This document shows positions 45,824 to 49,381 of a stretch of 49,381 nt of DNA, piece by piece. The DNA is taken from NCBI GenBank assembly GCA_018610125.1, contig JAHEOI010000372.1, forward strand, positions 1 through 49,381, given 5' to 3'. The stretch is from Verrucomicrobiota bacterium. GTDB lineage: Bacteria > Verrucomicrobiota > Verrucomicrobiia > Limisphaerales > JAHEOI01. The notes below the pieces were generated by a model. That model was not told the origin of the DNA, ran no database searches, and saw nothing but the letters and a program-made list of their open reading frames with translations. A program made the translations under genes and the position numbers. The first letter of the stretch is position 1, and the number at the start of each line of letters is the position of its first letter.

Positions 45824-46076
45824 GATGCGCTGCCTTCTTGAACCATTCCTGCTGTTCCTTCAGACCGGAATAAGGACGCGGAGCCCTCGGCGGGGTCCAA
45901 TAGTCTGCCGGACCACATAAAAGTGCGATCGCGCGGCCCCCATCAAGCGCTCGTAGCTCCTGCCGTCGTATTCGTTCCAGCTCAGGCCCGGCTTCTTTCC
46001 AGGTCTCTACCCACTGCTTTGCCTGAGCCAACTGTTCCGGCGTCCACTCAGTTGAATCGGTTGGATTCGTCTCCAT
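45816..46076 (-). CDS. 86-aa hypothetical protein, upstream partner of the nucleotidyltransferase-fold gene
   Basis: METNPTDSTEWTPEQLAQAKQWVETWKEAGPELERIRRQELRAL...SGLKEQQEWFKKAAHRD. Its stop lies inside GTGATTGA, which is shared with the downstream start. Confidence 0.55.
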   Translation of the reverse strand: METNPTDSTEWTPEQLAQAKQWVETWKEAGPELERIRRQELRALDGGRAIALLCGPADYWTPPRAPRPYSGLKEQQEWFKKAAHRD

Positions 46077-46152
46077 AATTCAAACGTATCACCAATACAT
46101 TTCAAGCACCAAATTCCAAAGGGCCCAAACCCCCTTTCAAGCGCCGGACATC

Positions 46153-46241
46153 GAGGACCACCTCTTCTGATAGGCTCACCGTCCTCGGTGACCGCGTGCG
46201 CCTTCCCCAACAACTGGACGTCGGGGACGACGTCCCTATCA
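46153..46241. repeat. Two repeat units: a family-1 variant (GAGGACCACCTCTTCTGATAGGCTCACCGTCC) and a canonical hairpin-TATCA copy
   Basis: 46153-46184 matches 44868-44900. 46215-46241 is TGGACGTCG-GGGA-CGACGTCCC-TATCA. Confidence 0.65.
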
Positions 46242-46329
46242 GAAGTCCAAGCTCCAGGGTCTGAGGTCGCGCGCGAAGCGCCCGCAACAACCCCGTGCAC
46301 GCTCAAAGCACCTGTGTTAAACTCACCTG

Positions 46330-46569
46330 ATGAAGGAAAACCAGGAGTTCGAAATCAATTACTTCCAGGACGAAGACGGTCGATTTACAGCCGAGGTGCC
46401 TGCAATCCCCGGTTGCATTGCATGGGGTGAGACGCTGGAGGAGGCTTACAAGAATGCGATCGAAGCGATCGAAAGTTGCCTCGAAGCCCGCGAAAAAGTT
46501 GGGGCATCGGGGCCAAAGACGCCGCGTTATGCGGGGTTGAACGTGTACCGGCGCACCGGAGATGGCTAA
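46330..46569 (+). CDS. hicB: HicB-family antitoxin (UPF0150 fold)
   Basis: EINYFQDEDGRFTAEVPAIPGCIAWGETLEEAYKNAIEAIESCLEA is the classic HicB N-domain pattern. Confidence 0.8.
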   Translation: MKENQEFEINYFQDEDGRFTAEVPAIPGCIAWGETLEEAYKNAIEAIESCLEAREKVGASGPKTPRYAGLNVYRRTGDG

Positions 46570-46697
46570 GCTGATGCCCCTCTCCCACCGGGAGCTGGCG
46601 CGCAAAGCTCAAGCGTGCCGGTTTTGTGGAAATTCAAGCTCGGCGACATCCTGTCTATTACTCCGCCCAGAAGGACCTGACAATTCCTATAAGCCGG
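46562..46697 (+). pseudogene. hicA: hicA toxin remnant: 1-nt frameshift after codon 15 and loss of the C-terminal third
   Basis: Frame 1 reads MAKLMPLSHRELARK. After one extra base at 46607 the next frame reads LKRAGFVEIQARRHPVYYSAQKDLTIPISR (HicA-like: L-K-x-x-G-F, H, T-I/V-P). The sequence then runs into low-complexity pyrimidine-rich DNA. Confidence 0.5.
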
Positions 46698-46895
46698 GTT
46701 TTCCGCCTTCCGTCCTGGCCTCGACGCTCGACTCTCGGCTCTCGACTCTCCGTCCTCTGTCTTCGGTCAAGGCCTCCGTCGCTCAGCAGTTCAGCCATCC
46801 AGCATTTGCCAGCCACTTTTCACCGCGCACAGGGCACACCCCTGCACACAGCCACGCCCGCCTAGTCAAGGGAGAGGGTCCATGGCTCGGTCGCG

Positions 46896-47111
46896 TCAGG
46901 CACACTCGACTTCGGGCCGATAATGAAGCACGATCAACTTCTCTATCGGCACTGCAGCGAATGCATACGCTCTGCCTTCTTCATCACTGAATTCGACCTC
47001 GACCGTCTCCTCAGTTAACGCTTCCACAACAGTACCGCCGACACTCACGCCTTCTGGCCTTCTCCGCCATGCGCTCCATTGGTCGTTAAGTGGCCTCGAG
47101 CTCCCGAACAT
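46896..47111 (-). CDS. DUF4926-like small protein (second, more divergent copy)
   Basis: GGTVVEALTEETVEVEFSDEEGRAYAFAAVPIEKLIVLH matches the core of DUF4926. The N-terminus is atypical, and it overlaps the upstream gene by 26 nt. Confidence 0.5.
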   Translation of the reverse strand: MFGSSRPLNDQWSAWRRRPEGVSVGGTVVEALTEETVEVEFSDEEGRAYAFAAVPIEKLIVLHYRPEVECA

Positions 47112-47316
47112 GGATCATATCTCTTGGGCGTACTTGGCGGCACTGCGATGAAGGCACTGTAGAAACAGCCACCGTTTGTCCGCTAAGCGTCGCAAATTCC
47201 ACTTCGTAGGCTTTTCCCTCCCCATGAATATGGACAACCGTGCCCGCATCCCCGGCCTTTAACCTTTCCGAGGGCATGTCTTGTGTCAGCACAACGCAAT
47301 CATGTTCCTTGATCAT
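47086..47316 (-). CDS. DUF4926 domain protein
   Basis: MIKEHDCVVLTQDMPSERLKAGDAGTVVHIHGEGKAYEVEFATLSGQTVAVSTV fits the DUF4926 pattern as I remember it. Confidence 0.68.
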   Translation of the reverse strand: MIKEHDCVVLTQDMPSERLKAGDAGTVVHIHGEGKAYEVEFATLSGQTVAVSTVPSSQCRQVRPRDMIHVRELEAT

Positions 47317-47660
47317 AACCGTTCACCGCTAAGAGGGTACGCCGCAATCAGCCGTGGCGCAACAGCACCCGTTTCTGCTTGCCACACCGTACGCAGCATA
47401 GCAGAACGCCCGTCAGTGGCCACCAGCTCTCCGTCGATTTGATAAACGACACCGTAACCCGTTTCCCGCATTCCGGTCACTTCATTGGTCTGCCCGTGCT
47501 CTTTTAAGGCCGCGGCTAGTCGAGCCCATTCGCGCGCATTGAAACCATATCTCGCAAAGAATCGAGCCTTCGATGCCCCAATAGGATGTTGCAAGTTTAG
47601 AAGATAGTCGACGATCTTCCCTCGCTCGACAATTGCCAGCTCCGCGTTCGGCAGTCTCAT
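47313..47660 (-). CDS. DUF6883-like protein, upstream partner of DUF4926
   Basis: MRLPNAELAIVERGKIVDYLLNLQHPIGASKARFFARYGFNAREWARLAAALKEH...LRTVWQAETGAVAPRLIAAYP resembles proteins annotated DUF6883 (recalled from memory). Start at ATG 47660. 4-nt overlap with the DUF4926 gene. Confidence 0.55.
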   Translation of the reverse strand: MRLPNAELAIVERGKIVDYLLNLQHPIGASKARFFARYGFNAREWARLAAALKEHGQTNEVTGMRETGYGVVYQIDGELVATDGRSAMLRTVWQAETGAVAPRLIAAYPLSGERL

Positions 47661-47808
47661 TTTCCGGAAGCCAATCTCTGCGCTCAGCCCCTCCGTAGTT
47701 CCGTGAAACTGGAACTTCGACGATCTGTCCTTCCTCCCCGGACCTCGAGGGCAACTCCCTGACAGGGGCACAGCCCTCTGTGAGCCCACTTCCTTCCCCG
47801 GGAAATAT

Positions 47809-47837
47809 GGGAACGCTGAACGACAGCGTCCCTATCA
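47809..47837. repeat. Hairpin-TATCA interspersed repeat (family 1)
   Basis: GGGAACGCTG-AACGA-CAGCGTCCC-TATCA. Confidence 0.7.
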
Positions 47838-47864
47838 GGGCCCCCTGCCCTCCGCCTTCCGCTA

Positions 47865-48170
47865 TCAGGCGTCTGCCCCCTGTTCACGGGGTTCTTCAAG
47901 AACCAGTTCCCACGAGGCCTCAGCAATGGTGCCATCGGAAAAACGCACCCAAAAGCCCGACCGGGTTTCAGCATCGAGCCAGATTGAGCTCACCTCTTGA
48001 GACAGATCCTCTTGTCGATTCGCTTTTAGAAGCCTTGCTCGGTCCAATTGTCCAATCGCCCCGGAATCAAACTCAATTTCAAAGCACATAGCGTCCTCCA
48101 AATATCGCACCCATCGGATCGGCTCAAACTTTCCCTCGCCTACAGCAACCGGTTGAATTACAGTCTTCAT
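47865..48170 (-). CDS. DUF2442-like small protein
   Basis: MKTVIQPVAVGEGKFEPIRWVRYLEDAMCFEIEFDSGAIGQLD...FWVRFSDGTIAEASWELV has the two-lobed pattern of DUF2442. The call is supported by the DUF4160-like reading frame immediately upstream (ATGA overlap). Confidence 0.45.
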   Translation of the reverse strand: MKTVIQPVAVGEGKFEPIRWVRYLEDAMCFEIEFDSGAIGQLDRARLLKANRQEDLSQEVSSIWLDAETRSGFWVRFSDGTIAEASWELVLEEPREQGADA

Positions 48171-48396
48171 AGCTCGCCTTTCCGAATCATTTCTCTTACC
48201 AACTCTACCACTCTCGTGGGTGGCCTCCAATTCCCGAGGGCTTCGAAATTGTCGGTTCGTAGTCGCCCCAAGAACCGGTTCTTGCCGTCGAGCACATGAA
48301 CATGCGGAGGCCAATGGTCCCCAATCCACCACAAAAACAGATACCCGCCTCGTCGTTTTCGACCTATTTGCCCTCGATCCGCGATTGATTCGCCAT
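48167..48396 (-). pseudogene. DUF4160-like gene, frameshifted near its 5' end (or shortened to a 55-57 aa product from TTG 48334 / CTG 48340)
   Basis: It is not in the ORF track. The minus-strand frame reads ...GRKRRGGYLFLWWIGDHWPPHVHVLDGKNRFLGRLRTDNFEALGNWRPPTRVVELVREMIRKGEL*, with the DH-x-PPH-x-H signature of DUF4160. The only ATG (48396, MANQSRIEGK*) is in another frame, and the span is not a multiple of 3. Confidence 0.45.
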
Positions 48397-48488
48397 TACA
48401 GGCGCTGGCGCGTGTTACCGATTATCGGTTAAAAGTCAAAGGCCGTTGACGCGCCCCCAACCACGCAATCCGACACCGGGTGATCCGC

Positions 48489-48567
48489 GTTTGGAATTTG
48501 GGATTTCCCCCGAAGCGGGGCGACGGTCCCTACAGGCCGGGACGTAAAACTCAAGCTAAAGCTTGAG
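48489..48567. repeat. Third copy of the GGGATTTCCC-CGAAGCGGG element, fused to a GGTCCCTACAGG unit and a CTCAAGC-TAA-GCTTGAG palindrome
   Basis: GTTTGGAATTTGGGATTTCCCCCGAAGCGGGG (48489-48520) matches 45137-45180 and the inverted 44905-44935. It is followed by CGACGGTCCCTACAGGCC and a 7-bp palindrome at 48550-48567. Confidence 0.6.
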
Positions 48568-48576
48568 CCTACAGCT

Positions 48577-49008
48577 TGCAGCTCCTACTTCGACTCAAGC
48601 CTTCTCTTGGCCGCCCTGTTTGGTCAAAGCGGAGCTGAAGCATTCGCCAAGCGATGGGATGAAGAGCCGTTTAAGCTATCCTCGCTCCTGATCGAAGCGG
48701 AATCGGTCACCGCGATTCGTCGTCTGGCGATGACGCAATCCTCTTCCAGCGAGATCGATTTCATCACTGAAAATAGGGATCGCCTCTATCGGCACTTCTT
48801 CGCCTTGACGGTTAAGCCTGTCGACGACGAGGTGGTGGAGCGGTTGAATGATGAGATCCGTCTTGGCGGTTGTCGGACGCTGGACGCCATCCATCTTGCC
48901 ACCGCCTTGCTGTATCAGGAACGTTCGGACGAGCCTATCGTTGTTTGCAGCAACGACACCCGAATGCGCGCGGTCGCGCTCAAGCTTGGCTTCCACCTTT
49001 TCCCTTGA
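48577..49008 (+). pseudogene. PIN-domain (VapC-like) toxin gene lacking a usable start upstream of its first catalytic Asp
   Basis: The in-frame translation ...CSSYFDSSLLLAALFGQSGAE...SSLLIEAES...RTLDAIHLATALL...VCSNDTRMRAVALKLGF shows the D-E-D-D PIN pattern. Between the in-frame TGA at 48481 and the conserved Asp codon there is no ATG, GTG or TTG, and that stretch is repeat DNA. The track ORF starts at TTG 48607, after the Asp. Confidence 0.6.
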
Positions 49009-49381
49009 AGGTTACCCGCGATGGGGCATGCGTGAGAGGCAAGCTGTCTGTAAGACGGAGATTCTTGTTTGATGTATCCCAAGCGTCGTCGCTTGCGGCT
49101 TGCGTGCTGTTTCAAGCAACCTTGCTTGGGTTTTGACTGGCGGGCGGGCTCTGACGCACATTTCGCGTGGTCTTCACTCCGGAAAAGAAGCCATCGTCGC
49201 CCCCCAATTAACCCTGAATGGGTTGCGCACCCACGCCTTAGCACACGAGTTTCTGGATAGGCCAGACTTCCCCTACGTGCTTAGGGTCTGTCAAGAAATA
49301 AGTGTGCCATTTGGCGGGAGCGCCACCGAGTCAGATGCAAGGCGCGACGAGGGCGCATCCCAGAGCGGGCTGTAACCGAGG

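Noticed and set aside
46700-46895. Pyrimidine-rich low-complexity stretch with CTCGACTCTC-type short repeats, read as part of a 142-aa ORF (46562-46990).
   Set aside because: It has no coding signature and begins where HicA homology ends. I treat it as degenerate spacer/repeat DNA rather than a gene or a defined tandem-repeat locus.
49009-49381. ORFs of 63-109 aa and possible RNA structure at the right edge of the window.
   Set aside because: I recognise no protein family or RNA motif (RNase P, tmRNA, SRP and group II intron cores were checked by eye). The sequence is truncated by the window end.

Overview
This is a 49.4-kb, moderately GC-rich bacterial chromosomal window. Gene content (GlnRS, PPi-type phosphofructokinase, DUF1080, BamA/Skp) and the style of the intergenic repeats suggest a PVC-superphylum (Verrucomicrobiota/Planctomycetota-like) genome; that placement is inference only. 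About 43 kb is ordinary core genome: tRNA-Leu(GAG), hemW, a PHP histidinol phosphatase, FKBP isomerase, DtxR-family regulator, PPi-PFK, FAH-family enzyme, rpmI-rplT-pheS-pheT, htrA, glnS, modABC, an REC-PAS-GGDEF-EAL protein, an S41 tail-specific protease, a small oxidoreductase/methyltransferase cluster and dnaB-bamA-skp-miaB. Five things stand out. (1) The left edge carries a truncated integrase next to the tRNA 3' end. (2) Downstream of htrA lies an unusual gene fusing an HPF/S30EA ribosome-hibernation-like domain to an ECF-like sigma-70 domain. It is translationally coupled (ATGA overlap) to a 42-aa Cys-rich micro-ORF that is absent from the ORF track. (3) Several families of short structured interspersed repeats are present. 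One is a hairpin-plus-TATCA element with compensatory stem changes, found mostly between convergent genes. One repeat copy donates the C-terminus and stop codon of a gene, and another has removed the 5' end of a PIN gene. (4) The right-hand ~5 kb (about 44.3-49.4 kb) is an accessory island of small two- and three-gene addiction-module-like cassettes separated by those repeats. These are a small protein plus a minimal nucleotidyltransferase, hicB plus a decayed hicA, DUF6883-DUF4926-DUF4926, a frameshifted DUF4160 plus a DUF2442-like gene, and a PIN remnant. About half are visibly degraded. (5) A glycine/sarcosine N-methyltransferase-like gene and a sucrose-phosphate-phosphatase-like gene each occur without their usual pathway partner. 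No rRNA, CRISPR array or intact transposase was seen. All family names come from reading the translations by eye and need HMM confirmation.
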